From: Bacteroidales bacterium
GTDB taxonomy: Bacteria > Bacteroidota > Bacteroidia > Bacteroidales > ML635J-15
DNA: 57,627 bases
Assembly: GCA_046546095.1 (NCBI GenBank)
Contig: JBKGYK010000004.1
Location: 1-57,627, forward strand
Direction: 5' to 3'
Shown: positions 28,429-40,086 of the stretch, one piece after another
Layout of the letters: each line of letters opens with the position of its first letter
Numbering within the stretch: position 1 is the stretch's first letter
The notes under the pieces: generated by a model
What the model was told of the DNA's origin: nothing
What the model saw: the letters and a program-made list of their open reading frames with translations, nothing else
The model's database searches: none
Position numbers and translations under genes: made by a program

Positions 28429-31400
28429 ATGGCTTTCAGAAAAGAAAAGAAAGTTACCAGTAACTTCGATAAGTTATCCATCAGTTTGGCTTCCCCGGAA
28501 GATATTCTGGATCGTTCAAGTGGTGAGGTGACAAAACCAGAGACCATCAACTACAGAACCTATAAACCTGAAAGAGATGGCTTGTTCTGTGAAAGAATCT
28601 TTGGACCTGTTAAGGATTTCGAGTGCCATTGTGGTAAATACAAAGGAATCCGTTACAAAGGTATCGTTTGTGACCGCTGTGGGGTTGAAGTCACCGAAAA
28701 GAAAGTTCGCCGGGAACGTATGGGACACATCAGCCTTGAAGTGCCTGTCGCTCATATTTGGTATTTCAGATCATTGCCTAACAAAATAGGATACCTCCTG
28801 GGATTGCCCACAAAAAAACTGGATACCATCATCTATTACGAAAAATATGTCGTAATTCAGCCTGGTGTCAAAGAAGCGGATGGCATTGCTAAGATGGATT
28901 TCCTTACCGAGGAAGAATATCTTGATATCATGGAAAGCCTGCCCGCCGGAAATCAGGCATTGGACAATACAGATCCTCAGAAATTTATCGCCAAAATGGG
29001 CGCTGATGCTGTATTTGAATTGCTGAATCGTATTGAATTGGACGAACTATCCTATACACTCCGCGATAAAGCAAATAAGGAAACATCTCAGCAGCGAAAA
29101 AATGAAGCCCTCAAAAGGCTCAGCGTTGTTGAAGCTTTCCGTGCCTCAAAAGATAAAAACAGGCCTGAATGGATGATCGTAAAAGTAATTCCGGTTATTC
29201 CTCCGGAATTGAGACCACTTGTGCCTCTTGATGGAGGCCGGTTTGCAACATCCGACCTGAATGATTTGTACCGCAGGGTAATCATCAGAAACAACAGGCT
29301 TAAACGCCTCATGGAAATTAAAGCTCCTGAAGTTATTCTCAGAAATGAAAAAAGAATGCTGCAGGAATCCGTTGATAGCCTCTTTGATAACTCAAGGAAA
29401 TCTAATGCTGTGAAAACTGACGCTAATCGTCCCTTGAAATCCCTCAGCGACAGCCTGAAAGGAAAACAAGGCCGTTTCCGTCAGAACCTGCTTGGTAAAC
29501 GTGTTGATTATTCCGCACGTTCGGTTATCGTCGTAGGTCCGGAATTGAAACTCCATGAATGCGGCCTTCCCAAAGATATGGCAGCAGAATTGTACAAACC
29601 TTTTGTTATTCGTAAACTCATCGAAAGGGGAATTGTAAAAACTGTCAAATCTGCCAAAAAAATTGTTGACCGCAGAGACCCTGTCATCTGGGATATTCTG
29701 GAAAACGTGCTCAAAGGCCATCCGGTTATGCTTAACCGTGCACCAACACTTCACCGCCTCGGTATTCAGGCATTCCAGCCAAAACTTATCGAAGGTAAAG
29801 CCATTCAGTTGCACCCCCTGGCATGTACCGCTTTTAATGCAGACTTTGATGGTGACCAAATGGCAGTTCACCTGCCACTGAGTAATGCCGCAATCCTGGA
29901 AGCTCAGGTGCTCATGCTCGCTTCACACAACATCCTGAACCCCGCAAATGGTGCCCCGATTACTGTTCCTTCGCAGGATATGGTTCTGGGACTGTATTAT
30001 ATTACCAAAGGCCGAAAAGGAGTCAAGGGTGAAAATCTTGTATTCTATTCGCCGGAAGAAGTGAAAATCGCCTACAATGAAGGCAGAATCGCGCTGAACG
30101 CCAATATCAAGGTAAGGGTGAAAGATATTGATGAAAACGGAGAGTCCTTTACACACATTGTTGATACTACTACCGGACGTGTTCTCTTCAATGATGTTGT
30201 ACCGGAAAATGTCGGATACATCAATGATATTCTCACAAAAAAATCCGTGCGGGGTATTATTTCCTTTGTCCTCAGTAAAACCAATACCGCGGTTACTGCA
30301 AAATTCCTCGACGATATTAAGGATATGGGCTTTGGAATGGCCTATAAGGGCGGATTGTCCTTTAACCTTGATGATGTAATTATTCCGGCTGAAAAAGCTG
30401 ATATGGTTCAGGAAGGTTATGACCAGGTGGACGAAGTGGTGAATAACTATAACATGGGTTTTATTACCAATAATGAACGCTACAATCAAATCATTGATAT
30501 CTGGACTCATACTAATGCCAAGCTTACACAACTTGTAATGAGTAAATTGTCCAAAGATAATGACGGTTTCAATGCTGTGTATATGATGCTGGATTCCGGC
30601 GCCCGTGGTTCCAAAGAACAGATTCGTCAGCTCTGTGGTATGAGGGGGCTGATGGCCAAACCACAGAAATCCGCAGGAGGTGGACAGCAGATTATTGAAA
30701 ATCCAATCCTTGCAAACTTTAAAGAAGGACTTTCTGTACTTGAATACTTTATCTCTACTCACGGAGCCCGTAAAGGTCTTGCCGATACAGCTCTCAAAAC
30801 TGCTGATGCAGGTTACCTGACCAGAAGACTTGTGGATGTCTGCCAGGATGTGGTTATCACAGAACCTGATTGTGGAACACTCCGGGGTATTGTGGCCACG
30901 GTTATTAAGAAAAACGAAGAGGTGGTGGAATCACTATATGAAAGAATTCTTGGTCGCACCACTGTCCACGATGTTTATCATCCTCAGAGCGGTGAACTTA
31001 TCATTAAATCCGGCGAGCAGGTCACAGAACCCATTGCTCAAAAAATTGAGGATTCTCCCATTGAAGAAGTGGAAATCAGATCTGTCCTCACATGCGAATC
31101 AAAACGTGGGGTTTGTGCCAAATGTTACGGACGTAACCTGGCAACTTCACGCATGGTACAAAAAGGTGAAGCTGTGGGTGTGATCGCTGCCCAGTCAATT
31201 GGTGAACCCGGTACTCAGCTGACACTGAGAACATTCCATGTTGGGGGTGTTGCCGGTAATATTGCCGCTGAATCTTCCATCACTGCAAAATATGATGGCA
31301 GACTGGAAATGGAAGAGCTGCGTACCGTTACACTCAGGCAAAAGGATGAGGAACCTGTTGATATCGTTATTGGTCGTATGGCAGAAATGAAAATCATTGA

Positions 31401-32718
31401 TGATAATACCGGTATTACACTTATGACCAACAATATTCCCTACGGTGCAAAGCTGTATGTTCAGGATGGTCAAAAAGTGGAAAAAGGAACCAAAATATGC
31501 CAATGGGATCCTTTCAATGCCATTATCGTCAGTGAGAAAAACGGTGTAGCAAAATTTAAAAATGTCATTGAGGGTATTACTTATCAGGAAGAATCCGATG
31601 AACAAACAGGATTCAAAGAAAAAGTGATTACCGAAACCAAAGACAAGAAAAAGAATCCTGAGCTTGCCATTGTTGATCCTAAAGATAAAAACAATGTGCT
31701 GAAGAATTATAACCTGCCCGTGGGAGCTCACCTTTCTGTTGAAGAAGGTGATAAACTCATCGCAGGACAAACCATCGCCAAAATACCGCGTAATGTGAGT
31801 AAAGGTGGCGATATCACAGGTGGTCTGCCAAGAGTTACCGAACTGTTTGAAGCGAGAAATCCCTCCAATCCGGCTGTGGTTTCTGAGATCAACGGACAGG
31901 TTGAGTTTGGTAAAATTAAACGTGGTAACCGTGAAATCATCGTCAGGTCTAAAGACGGAGAAACCAAAAAATATCTGGTACCGCTCACCAAACAGATTCT
32001 GGTTCAGGAAGGTGACTACATCCGTGCAGGTACTTCATTGTCTGACGGGGCCATTACACCTGCTGATATTCTCAATATCAAAGGTCCGACAAAAGTACAG
32101 GAATACATTGTCAATGAAGTGCAGGAAGTGTATCGGCTCCAGGGTGTGAAAATCAATGACAAACACTTTGAGGTTGTTGTCCGTCAGATGATGCGTAAAG
32201 TTATCATCGAAGATCCGGGTGATACCATGTTCCTCGAAAAACAAATTGTCGATAAATGGAAATTCCGTGAAGTCAATGATGAGATTTACGGAATGCAGGT
32301 AATTGAGGATTCAGGTGATTCCGAAACCCTCAGGGCCGGACAAATCGTAACTGCGCGTCGATTGAGGGATGAGAACTCACTCTTGAAGCGCCGGGATCTG
32401 AAAATTGTCTCCGGCAGACCTGCCGTCCCTGCAACATCAAGCCAGGCACTTCAGGGTATTACCAGAGCTGCACTACAGACACAAAGCTTCATGTCTGCTG
32501 CATCTTTCCAGGAAACCAATAAAGTGCTCAATGAAGCTGCTATATTTGGTAAAGATGATAACCTGCTTGGACTGAAAGAAAATGTCATCGTTGGACATTT
32601 GATTCCGGCTGGTACTGGCTTGCGTGATTATGACAAGATACTTGTCGGCAATAAATCCGAACTGCAACAGCTCGAAGAAAGTGCTGCCAGAGAAACAATT
32701 CAACCAGAAGAAGAATAA
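28429..32718 (+). CDS. rpoC: RNA polymerase beta' subunit
   Basis: Zn finger 'CHCGKY...CDRC', catalytic 'NADFDGD', 'DITGGLPRV'. Confidence 0.99.
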   Translation: MAFRKEKKVTSNFDKLSISLASPEDILDRSSGEVTKPETINYRTYKPERDGLFCERIFGPVKDFECHCGKYKGIRYKGIVCDRCGVEVTEKKVRRERMGHISLEVPVAHIWYFRSLPNKIGYLLGLPTKKLDTIIYYEKYVVIQPGVKEADGIAKMDFLTEEEYLDIMESLPAGNQALDNTDPQKFIAKMGADAVFELLNRIELDELSYTLRDKANKETSQQRKNEALKRLSVVEAFRASKDKNRPEWMIVKVIPVIPPELRPLVPLDGGRFATSDLNDLYRRVIIRNNRLKRLMEIKAPEVILRNEKRMLQESVDSLFDNSRKSNAVKTDANRPLKSLSDSLKGKQGRFRQNLLGKRVDYSARSVIVVGPELKLHECGLPKDMAAELYKPFVIRKLIERGIVKTVKSAKKIVDRRDPVIWDILENVLKGHPVMLNRAPTLHRLGIQAFQPKLIEGKAIQLHPLACTAFNADFDGDQMAVHLPLSNAAILEAQVLMLASHNILNPANGAPITVPSQDMVLGLYYITKGRKGVKGENLVFYSPEEVKIAYNEGRIALNANIKVRVKDIDENGESFTHIVDTTTGRVLFNDVVPENVGYINDILTKKSVRGIISFVLSKTNTAVTAKFLDDIKDMGFGMAYKGGLSFNLDDVIIPAEKADMVQEGYDQVDEVVNNYNMGFITNNERYNQIIDIWTHTNAKLTQLVMSKLSKDNDGFNAVYMMLDSGARGSKEQIRQLCGMRGLMAKPQKSAGGGQQIIENPILANFKEGLSVLEYFISTHGARKGLADTALKTADAGYLTRRLVDVCQDVVITEPDCGTLRGIVATVIKKNEEVVESLYERILGRTTVHDVYHPQSGELIIKSGEQVTEPIAQKIEDSPIEEVEIRSVLTCESKRGVCAKCYGRNLATSRMVQKGEAVGVIAAQSIGEPGTQLTLRTFHVGGVAGNIAAESSITAKYDGRLEMEELRTVTLRQKDEEPVDIVIGRMAEMKIIDDNTGITLMTNNIPYGAKLYVQDGQKVEKGTKICQWDPFNAIIVSEKNGVAKFKNVIEGITYQEESDEQTGFKEKVITETKDKKKNPELAIVDPKDKNNVLKNYNLPVGAHLSVEEGDKLIAGQTIAKIPRNVSKGGDITGGLPRVTELFEARNPSNPAVVSEINGQVEFGKIKRGNREIIVRSKDGETKKYLVPLTKQILVQEGDYIRAGTSLSDGAITPADILNIKGPTKVQEYIVNEVQEVYRLQGVKINDKHFEVVVRQMMRKVIIEDPGDTMFLEKQIVDKWKFREVNDEIYGMQVIEDSGDSETLRAGQIVTARRLRDENSLLKRRDLKIVSGRPAVPATSSQALQGITRAALQTQSFMSAASFQETNKVLNEAAIFGKDDNLLGLKENVIVGHLIPAGTGLRDYDKILVGNKSELQQLEESAARETIQPEEE

Positions 32719-32729
32719 GCCTAACTATT

Positions 32730-33056
32730 ATGGAAGACAATAAAAATAAAAAAGGAAATCAGCTGAATATCCAACTGGACGAGGAAACAGCGCAGGGAAC
32801 ATATGCCAACCTTGCTGTTATATCTCATTCCAGCTCAGAATTTATCGTGGATTTTATCCGTATCATGCCCGGTGTGCCAAAAGCACCGGTGAAGTCAAGA
32901 ATCGTACTCACACCTGAACATGCCAAACGCCTGATGGGCGCGCTACAGGAGAACGTGAAAAAATTCGAAAGTATGCATGGTGAAATCAAAATTAAAGGAG
33001 GACATACTCCTCCAAAAATGCCGATGAATTTTGGCGGACCTACCGCTGAAGCCTGA
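32730..33056 (+). CDS. DUF3467 domain protein
   Basis: 'GTYANLAVISHSSSEFIVDF', 'RIVLTPEHAKRL'; typical position after rpoC in Bacteroidota. Confidence 0.85.
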   Translation: MEDNKNKKGNQLNIQLDEETAQGTYANLAVISHSSSEFIVDFIRIMPGVPKAPVKSRIVLTPEHAKRLMGALQENVKKFESMHGEIKIKGGHTPPKMPMNFGGPTAEA

Positions 33057-33063
33057 CTAAAAC

Positions 33064-33096
33064 AAAAAGCGCTGCCCGATCCGGACAGCGCTTTTT
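33064..33096. terminator. Bidirectional terminator between DUF3467 and asnB
   Basis: aaaaagcgctg...cagcgcttttt. Confidence 0.85.
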
Positions 33097-33120
33097 GTAT
33101 AAACCTGTTCTGAAAGTGAT

Positions 33121-34968
33121 TTACCGGTCGTTCTTCTCTAAGAACTGGTGCAATACAATCAATACCCATAGCCTGTTGTAAAGATAATCTGTTCCCCTTC
33201 GGTAATTATCAACCATGGACTTTACTTTATCATAGTTAACTACCTGATGCTTCTCAATAATTTCTTTTGACAGAAAATCATCAATCAGGTAACTCAAATC
33301 TTCTTTTAACCATTGCTTTAATGGAAGAGCAAACCCCCACTTTGGCCTGTTAAAAAGCTCTCTGGGCACCTGATCATACAAGGTTTCCTTTAAAAGATAT
33401 TTTTTTGTGTTTTTGAATATCTTGAGTTTGGGATCAAGGTTGAGCGCAAATTCAACAATATTATGATCAAGCAATGGAACTCGGGCTTCCATGCTGTATT
33501 TCATGGTGGCACGGTCAAGTTTTACCAGCAGATCATCTTTGAGATAATAGCGCAAATCAAAAACAGCCTGATTCTCTCCCGGGGTCAGCTCTCTGACAAA
33601 ATAACTGTAGTCTTCAAGCAAATTAATTTCATCTGCATGGTGATGGAGAATTATATCGGCTATTTCAGCTTGTGAGAAAAAATATTGCTCCTGAGAAAAA
33701 ATATGTGATTTGAGTTGTTCCTTCCTTGAAAATTCAAACAAATGAGATGCCCGCTTATGCTTGTTTGACATCCGTGATAAACCTGCTTTTATTGGAAGTC
33801 TGAGACCCCTGATGAGGGGATTTGATAAACGTTTGGCCCAGGTATAGGCGCCATAGCCATGAAATAGCTCATCACCACCATCACCAGACAAAACCATGCT
33901 GACATCTTTGCTGGCAAATCTGGCCAGCAGCATAGTGGGTATGGCCGATGAATCTGCATAAGGCTCGTCATAATTTTCGACAATGTCAGGAATCATTTCC
34001 CGGGCCTCTTTCTGGGAAATGATATGCTCATGATGATTTGTTCCCAGATAGTCCGCAACTTTCTTAGCATAGCTTGCCTCATTGTATTCGCTCTCTTTAA
34101 ATCCAATGGAAAAGCTGTTCAGCTTCCGGTTTGTATGTTTCTGTGCAAGAGCGGTTACCAGACTGGAATCAATGCCACCGCTGAGAAAACTGCCAAAAGG
34201 AACATCACTCATCAGCCTCATTTTAACGGAATCTTCAATAAGCTCACTAAGTCTGTTCCTGGCATCCTTCTCATCTTTGATAAGATTCCTCCTGATGGCT
34301 CCTTCTATCATCCAGTATGCCTCTATGCGCAAGCCATTGTCATCAATAATTCCAAAATGCCCCGACGGAAATTTCCGTATGTTGCGGTAAATGGTATTGG
34401 GCTCAGGAATGTATCCAAGATGCAAAAATTCATGAATGGCTACCTTGTTTATCTCTTTTTTTGACTGTATTCGGTGAATCTGCATCAGAGCCTTCAGCTC
34501 AGAAGCAAAAGCAAAATGTTCACCGTCCCAGAAATAAAACAAAGGTTTAATGCCCAGTCTGTCGCGGAAAAGATACATTTCCTTGTTCTGCTTGTCGTAT
34601 ATGGCGATAGCAAACTGACCGTTAAGCTTATTGACAAATGTTACTCCCCAGGCTTCGAAAGCTTCAATGACAACCTCAGTATCACTGCTTGTCTTCAGGT
34701 CAATATTAAGCTCTGCCGCAATTTCCCTGTAATTGAAAACTTCTCCGTTATAGACACATGTATAGCGCCGTGAATGTGACTCCATGGGTTGATTGGCATT
34801 ATCCGAAAGATCCAATATGCTCAGACGCCGGTGAGCCAATCCTGCCTTGCTGTTGATGTAAAACCCATCAGCGTCAGGACCCCTGTGTTCAAGGATATGA
34901 GCCATGGATTTGAGCTCCTTTTCAGAAACAAATCCATCAGATGCATAATAACCAGCAATTCCACACAT
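33121..34968 (-). CDS. asnB: Asparagine synthase (glutamine-hydrolysing) family amidotransferase
   Basis: N-terminal 'MCGIAG', 'HRGPD', 'RDRLGIKPL', 'FLSGGIDSS', 'SGDGGDE', 'EARVPLLD'. Confidence 0.93.
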   Translation of the reverse strand: MCGIAGYYASDGFVSEKELKSMAHILEHRGPDADGFYINSKAGLAHRRLSILDLSDNANQPMESHSRRYTCVYNGEVFNYREIAAELNIDLKTSSDTEVVIEAFEAWGVTFVNKLNGQFAIAIYDKQNKEMYLFRDRLGIKPLFYFWDGEHFAFASELKALMQIHRIQSKKEINKVAIHEFLHLGYIPEPNTIYRNIRKFPSGHFGIIDDNGLRIEAYWMIEGAIRRNLIKDEKDARNRLSELIEDSVKMRLMSDVPFGSFLSGGIDSSLVTALAQKHTNRKLNSFSIGFKESEYNEASYAKKVADYLGTNHHEHIISQKEAREMIPDIVENYDEPYADSSAIPTMLLARFASKDVSMVLSGDGGDELFHGYGAYTWAKRLSNPLIRGLRLPIKAGLSRMSNKHKRASHLFEFSRKEQLKSHIFSQEQYFFSQAEIADIILHHHADEINLLEDYSYFVRELTPGENQAVFDLRYYLKDDLLVKLDRATMKYSMEARVPLLDHNIVEFALNLDPKLKIFKNTKKYLLKETLYDQVPRELFNRPKWGFALPLKQWLKEDLSYLIDDFLSKEIIEKHQVVNYDKVKSMVDNYRRGTDYLYNRLWVLIVLHQFLEKNDR

Positions 34969-35035
34969 AGATATATTCTCCTCTAAATAACAAAATTAGT
35001 AATATTTGCCACATGGAAAATACACAGTAAACGTT

Positions 35036-36418
35036 TTATACCATATTCTCAGGATTGATGAGTTTATCAAATGTTTCACTGTCTAAGTACTTGAGTATCA
35101 GGTTTGCTTCGCGAAGGCTGATCTTGTGGTTATGTGCATAATGTGCTGTTTCTGCAGCTTTTTCATAACCAATGACCGGGCTCAGAGCTGTTGCCAGCAT
35201 CAGGGATTGTTCCTTGTTTTGCCTGAGCTGATCCTCGCAGGGCATGAGATTCTGAATGTAAGAATTGGCAAAAGAACTGGAGATATCTCCCAACAGATGT
35301 GCAGATTCAATGCTGTTGGCAGCCAGTAAAGGCATAAAAACGTTGAGTTGAAAATGACCGTTCATGTTCGCTATGCTGCTTCCTGTATCATGGCTGATTA
35401 TACGCGTACATGCCATTTGCAGGGCTTCAACTTGTGTTGGATTTACTTTTCCTGGCATGATAGAGGAACCCGGTTCCATGGCCGGTAACTCAATTTCATG
35501 CAGACCGGTACGCGGACCGGACGCCATCATGCGGATGTCATTGGCAATCTTGAACAGCTCGCCGGCCAGTACACTCATGGCATACTGTACTTTGACAATT
35601 GCCGACCTTGAGGATAATGCCTCAAAATGATTCTTAGCCGGATGAAAATCATGTCCGGTGCACTGCTGCAAGCGTTCACAAACCCTTTCCGAAAAGCCTT
35701 CCGGGGCATTCAGTCCGGTGCCAATTGCTGTCCCGCCTATGGCCAGCTCAAGCAAATACCCGGAACTGCTTTCAAGATGCTCTGTACCGGATTCAACCTG
35801 ACGGGCAAATGCGGAAAACTCCTGGCCCATAGTCATCGGTACTGCATCCATCATGTGTGTGCGTCCTGTTTTATATAGATTCTTGAATTCTGCTGCCCTT
35901 GCGTTGAGATGTCCGGACAGTTTTTGTAATGATGGAAGAACTTTACCGTATATCAAACCATACAAAGCAATATGGATGGCAGACGGAATGACATCATTGG
36001 ATGACTGGCTTTTGTTGACATCGTCATTGGGATGAATTATTCTGTATTGCCCGCTTATTTCGCCGGTTTTGATTTGTTCTGCCCGGTTGGCAATAACCTC
36101 ATTGATGTTCATATTGGTATGGGTGCCCGATCCTGTTTGCCAGACACTTAAAGGAAACTCAGAATCGTGTTGCCTGTTCAGAATTTCATTGCATACCTCA
36201 GTGATGACATCTTTTGCCTGAGAGGTGATGAGCCCGAATTTGTGATTAATGACTGCTGCTTCACGCTTGATCTGAGCCAAAGCATCAATTATCTCCACAG
36301 GAATGGGGTGGTTTCCGATTTTAAAATTTTCCAGAGACCTTTGAGTAACTGCACCCCATAGCTTTTCTGCAGGTATTTCTACCTGGCCTAAACTGTCTCT
36401 GGATTTGCGGGTTCTCAT
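35036..36418 (-). CDS. fumC: Class II fumarate hydratase
   Basis: 'WQTGSGT..NMNINEV', 'HPNDDVNKSQSSND', 'GSSIMPGKVNP'. Confidence 0.88.
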   Translation of the reverse strand: MRTRKSRDSLGQVEIPAEKLWGAVTQRSLENFKIGNHPIPVEIIDALAQIKREAAVINHKFGLITSQAKDVITEVCNEILNRQHDSEFPLSVWQTGSGTHTNMNINEVIANRAEQIKTGEISGQYRIIHPNDDVNKSQSSNDVIPSAIHIALYGLIYGKVLPSLQKLSGHLNARAAEFKNLYKTGRTHMMDAVPMTMGQEFSAFARQVESGTEHLESSSGYLLELAIGGTAIGTGLNAPEGFSERVCERLQQCTGHDFHPAKNHFEALSSRSAIVKVQYAMSVLAGELFKIANDIRMMASGPRTGLHEIELPAMEPGSSIMPGKVNPTQVEALQMACTRIISHDTGSSIANMNGHFQLNVFMPLLAANSIESAHLLGDISSSFANSYIQNLMPCEDQLRQNKEQSLMLATALSPVIGYEKAAETAHYAHNHKISLREANLILKYLDSETFDKLINPENMV

Positions 36419-37221
36419 GCTTGCGGTTTTAAAAAATATTTGACATTTTTGATGAATAGTTTCGGTTGTTCAGCGTGTAGCCAGTGTCCGGCATCAGGGA
36501 TACTGATAATTTCCGACTGTGGAAAAATAAACCGGATAAACGAAAAATCGTCCAGGGAAATGTAATCTGATTTTTCACCTCGCAGAAAAAGCACGGGAAT
36601 TCTGATTTTTTTCGTTGCAAAGTCATCTGCATACAATCCTTCCATGATTTCCGGAAGATTGTCGCGCAGAGATTTCAGGTTAAGTTTCCATTCAAGGCCT
36701 GCATCGGTCTTTTTGATGTTTTTTAAGAAAAATCCACGGAGCCGTTCATCAGTAATTTCTTTTGACAGGATTTCATCAACATCAGCAAAATTCTCCTGGG
36801 ATGAAATATCTGTTTGTAACAGCTTGTCCATCAGATTCAGATGGAAATTGGCATGCTCGGATGGCTCACTCAGGTTTTTATAGGAGCGAGGTGACATATC
36901 AGCAACAATCATTTTGTCAAGCATATCGGGGTATTCGGCAGCAAAGAACATGGCAAGTTTACCACCCATGGAATGCCCCAAAATATGTGCTTTATCAATA
37001 CCACAACTTTCAAACAGATCCAGTACATCCTTCGTCATGGATGGGTAGGAGTGGTCTTTATGATGCGGAGATTGCCCGTGGTTGCGCAAATCCGGAACAA
37101 TTACACGAAAATCTGAGGACAAAGTTTTGGCTATACTCATCCAGTTGTCAGAACTGCCATATAGCCCGTGTAAAATAATCAGCGGAATTCCTTCTCCGTA
37201 TTCGCGGTAAAAAAGTTTCAT
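36415..37221 (-). CDS. Alpha/beta hydrolase (YbfF-like esterase)
   Basis: 'LHGLYGS', nucleophile 'GHSMGG', 'AGHWLHAE'. Confidence 0.9.
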   Translation of the reverse strand: MKLFYREYGEGIPLIILHGLYGSSDNWMSIAKTLSSDFRVIVPDLRNHGQSPHHKDHSYPSMTKDVLDLFESCGIDKAHILGHSMGGKLAMFFAAEYPDMLDKMIVADMSPRSYKNLSEPSEHANFHLNLMDKLLQTDISSQENFADVDEILSKEITDERLRGFFLKNIKKTDAGLEWKLNLKSLRDNLPEIMEGLYADDFATKKIRIPVLFLRGEKSDYISLDDFSFIRFIFPQSEIISIPDAGHWLHAEQPKLFIKNVKYFLKPQA

Positions 37222-37943
37222 GATCCGGGTTTTAGTAATTCACGTTTGTACATTTGTATTGTGTTTTCAAGTCCAAGATACAGTGCATCTGATATCAGGG
37301 CGTGTCCTATAGAAACCTCATCAAGCCCCGGAATGTTCACTGCAAAATATGCCAGGTTGTCAAGAGAAAGATCGTGACCTGCATTGATACCAAGCCCCAG
37401 TTGCTGTGCTTTTTCCGCGGCTGCAATGAAAGGCCCGATGGCAGCTTCTTTGTTTTTATGAAAGCTTGTGGCGTAAGGCTCAGTATATAGCTCTATCCTG
37501 TCCGTGCCGGTTTCTGCTGCATGAGCAATGTTTTCCGGATTGGTATCGACAAAAACTGAAGTTCTGCAACCTGATTCTTTTAACCTGATGATAATTTTCT
37601 GCAAAAATTTCTGATTTGTTTTGGTATCCCAGCCGGCATTTGACGTCAGAGCTCCCGGCGGATCAGGCACAAGGGTCACCTGATGTGGCCTGATTTCATC
37701 AATCAAAGCCAGAAACTGCTCATTGGGATAACCTTCAATGTTGAATTCTGTCTTTATGGCAGGTTTGATTTCCCGTACATCGCTGTAACGAATGTGTCTT
37801 TCATCTGGTCGGGGATGGACAGTGATGCCGTCAGCACCAAATCTTTCACACATGACAGCTGCTTTACCTACATCGGGAATATTGCCCCCCCGCGCATTGC
37901 GTATTGTGGCAACTTTATTTATGTTTACACTCAATCTTGTCAT
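37218..37943 (-). CDS. pdxJ: Pyridoxine 5'-phosphate synthase
   Basis: '[16 protein letters not shown]', '[10 protein letters not shown]', 'NAGHDL', 'SIGHALI'. Confidence 0.97.
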   Translation of the reverse strand: MTRLSVNINKVATIRNARGGNIPDVGKAAVMCERFGADGITVHPRPDERHIRYSDVREIKPAIKTEFNIEGYPNEQFLALIDEIRPHQVTLVPDPPGALTSNAGWDTKTNQKFLQKIIIRLKESGCRTSVFVDTNPENIAHAAETGTDRIELYTEPYATSFHKNKEAAIGPFIAAAEKAQQLGLGINAGHDLSLDNLAYFAVNIPGLDEVSIGHALISDALYLGLENTIQMYKRELLKPGS

Positions 37944-38026
37944 CTGTTTCTTTTTCTTACAAATATATGTTATCTTTATCAGGAACGGAATTTGCAGGTA
38001 ATAAAAAAAACAAAGGATAATACGCT

Positions 38027-38695
38027 ATGTATGCTAAAAATCTGATTTCTGAAATTGTTCCGGCTTTGAAAACCTCTGATACCGGTGATAAAGCTTTGTC
38101 ATGGATGGAGTTTTTTAAAGTTTCCCATTTACCAATCGTCAACAATGAGGATTTTCTTGGTATGATCTCAGAGTCTGATATTTATAATCTCAACTGTGGT
38201 AAAGAAGCCATTGGGAATCATAAGCTGTCGCTAATAAGACCTTTTGTGCTGGAAGACCAGCATTTGTGGGAAGTTGCAGAAATTGTAGCAGAAATGAAAC
38301 TTACTCTTATCCCGGTGCTTGCAACAGATTCAAAAAAATTTCTGGGTTCTGTTATCCTGCCTGATCTGGTGCATCACCTTGCCAAAATAACCGGAGCCGG
38401 TCACACAGGCAGTATCATTGTGCTGGAAATGGGGCAAAAAGATTATTCTTTGAATGAGATTTCCCGGATCGTGGAAGAAGAAAACACCAAAATCCTCAGC
38501 CTTTATGTGTCCGGTGCCAATGACAGCATGAAAATTTTTGTCACCATCAAGCTGGATACAAGCGAAATATTACCAATTATCCGGAGTTTTGATCGCTATG
38601 ATTATGTTATCAGGGCTTCATTTTTGATGGATGATGACATCAACAAGCATTATCGTGACAGATATGAATCCTTCCTGTCTTATCTGAATGTCTGA
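38027..38695 (+). CDS. CBS domain-containing protein
   Basis: Tandem CBS ('SHLPIVN', 'LIPVL') plus an ACT-like C-terminus; conserved divergent partner of pdxJ in Bacteroidota. Confidence 0.85.
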   Translation: MYAKNLISEIVPALKTSDTGDKALSWMEFFKVSHLPIVNNEDFLGMISESDIYNLNCGKEAIGNHKLSLIRPFVLEDQHLWEVAEIVAEMKLTLIPVLATDSKKFLGSVILPDLVHHLAKITGAGHTGSIIVLEMGQKDYSLNEISRIVEEENTKILSLYVSGANDSMKIFVTIKLDTSEILPIIRSFDRYDYVIRASFLMDDDINKHYRDRYESFLSYLNV

Positions 38696-40086
38696 TGTAT
38701 CGGGTAATCTGCAAATTATTGACTTTTCTTGTGTTGTGTTTGCCTGCCCCTGCGCAGGTCATCTCGCATATTGATATTGATGGAAACAGACATACCCATG
38801 ATGAAGTAATCCTCCGGGAATTATGTTTTTCCATAGGCGATACTGTTCCGCCAGACAATCTTGATCAGTATTTCTCTTGTTCGGAAGATAATCTGTTGAA
38901 TACATCACTTTTTGTCCGGGTAAATATCACAGAACATATCGTCAGCGACAGCATTCAGGTAAGGATTGAGCTGAAAGAAAGATGGTATTACTGGGTATAT
39001 CCCATACTGGAGCATGCTGACCGAAACCTGAGCGCCTTTTTGAACAATGCAGACTGGAAAAAAGTGAACTACGGACTGAGCTTTGAAAAACACAACCTTT
39101 TTGGCAGAAACCAGTTTCTAAAACTAAAACTCCGGTATGGCTATCGTGAACAGCTTGGCCTCTTGTATGAAAATCCGGCAGTGGACAAACAGGGGAAACA
39201 CGGAGTTCAGCTTTTTGCTGACCGTTTCAGACAACGTCAGGTGGCTGTGGGAAATCAAAACGACAGGCAGATATATTTTTACCAGCCTGATGAAGTTGCA
39301 ATACACGAAAACCGTGCCGGCCTGGTGTATACATCACGCCCGGAGCTCAGAAAACGGGTGCGGATGATTGGGAGTTTTCATCATTTCAGTCTTTCAGATA
39401 CTTTGTTTGCAAGACAAGCGGATTATCTTACTCATGCAGAACAAAACGCTTCCTACCTGAGCATTCGCATGCAGTTTGAGTCTGATAGGCGGGATAAAAA
39501 GTATTTTCCTGCCAACGGATATTATCTTTTTTTTCAATTGAGAAAAGATGGAATTGGTTTATTGGAAAATTCTCCTGATTTTTTGCGATTTGATACAGAG
39601 CTTGCATTCTATCATCAGTTCAATGAAAAATGGTATTATGCTGCAGAATACTTCCTGAAATATCACATCATGAATCAGGAAAATATTCCCTATTATTTGT
39701 CTGAAATGAGTGGATATGAGCATTATCCCCGAGGGTATGAACTTTTTCCTGTTCATGCAGGTTCCGGTTCGGGTTTGAATCAGACAATCAAATACCGTTT
39801 ACTGGCCCGGGAGATGTACAAGATCAACAACATGCCGGTTTATGAATTTGATGAGATATATTACGAGCTTTTCTTGTATTCATTCGTTGATATGGCAGGT
39901 AGCAGAAAGTTTAAAAGTTATGGGTATGACAATGAGCTGGAAGGGGCTTTTTTGATGAGCAGCGGCCTTGGTCTGGAGTGTCAGACTTTTTATGACCGGA
40001 GTTTTGGCATGCATCTGGCATTTACAAATCTTAAAGCTTTTGGTATATTTGCATGGTTTCATTCTCCATTGTATAAAATTTATTGA
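38695..40086 (+). CDS. Omp85-like outer-membrane protein with a single POTRA domain
   Basis: Signal peptide; POTRA 'ISHIDIDGNRHTHDEVILREL'; 'ELKERWY', 'HNLFGRNQ', 'YFPANG'; aromatic-rich barrel. Confidence 0.75.
   Translation: MYRVICKLLTFLVLCLPAPAQVISHIDIDGNRHTHDEVILRELCFSIGDTVPPDNLDQYFSCSEDNLLNTSLFVRVNITEHIVSDSIQVRIELKERWYYWVYPILEHADRNLSAFLNNADWKKVNYGLSFEKHNLFGRNQFLKLKLRYGYREQLGLLYENPAVDKQGKHGVQLFADRFRQRQVAVGNQNDRQIYFYQPDEVAIHENRAGLVYTSRPELRKRVRMIGSFHHFSLSDTLFARQADYLTHAEQNASYLSIRMQFESDRRDKKYFPANGYYLFFQLRKDGIGLLENSPDFLRFDTELAFYHQFNEKWYYAAEYFLKYHIMNQENIPYYLSEMSGYEHYPRGYELFPVHAGSGSGLNQTIKYRLLAREMYKINNMPVYEFDEIYYELFLYSFVDMAGSRKFKSYGYDNELEGAFLMSSGLGLECQTFYDRSFGMHLAFTNLKAFGIFAWFHSPLYKIY

Noticed and set aside
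29923-30762. 279-aa antisense ORF in rpoC, plus many similar antisense ORFs in rpoB, rpoC, asnB and htpG
   Set aside because: Expected from the codon bias of highly expressed genes; no independent coding signal.
24592-32718. Checked rpoB, rpoC and tuf for inteins, introns or frameshifts
   Set aside because: Lengths (1269, 1429 and 395 aa) and motif order are ordinary for Bacteroidota.
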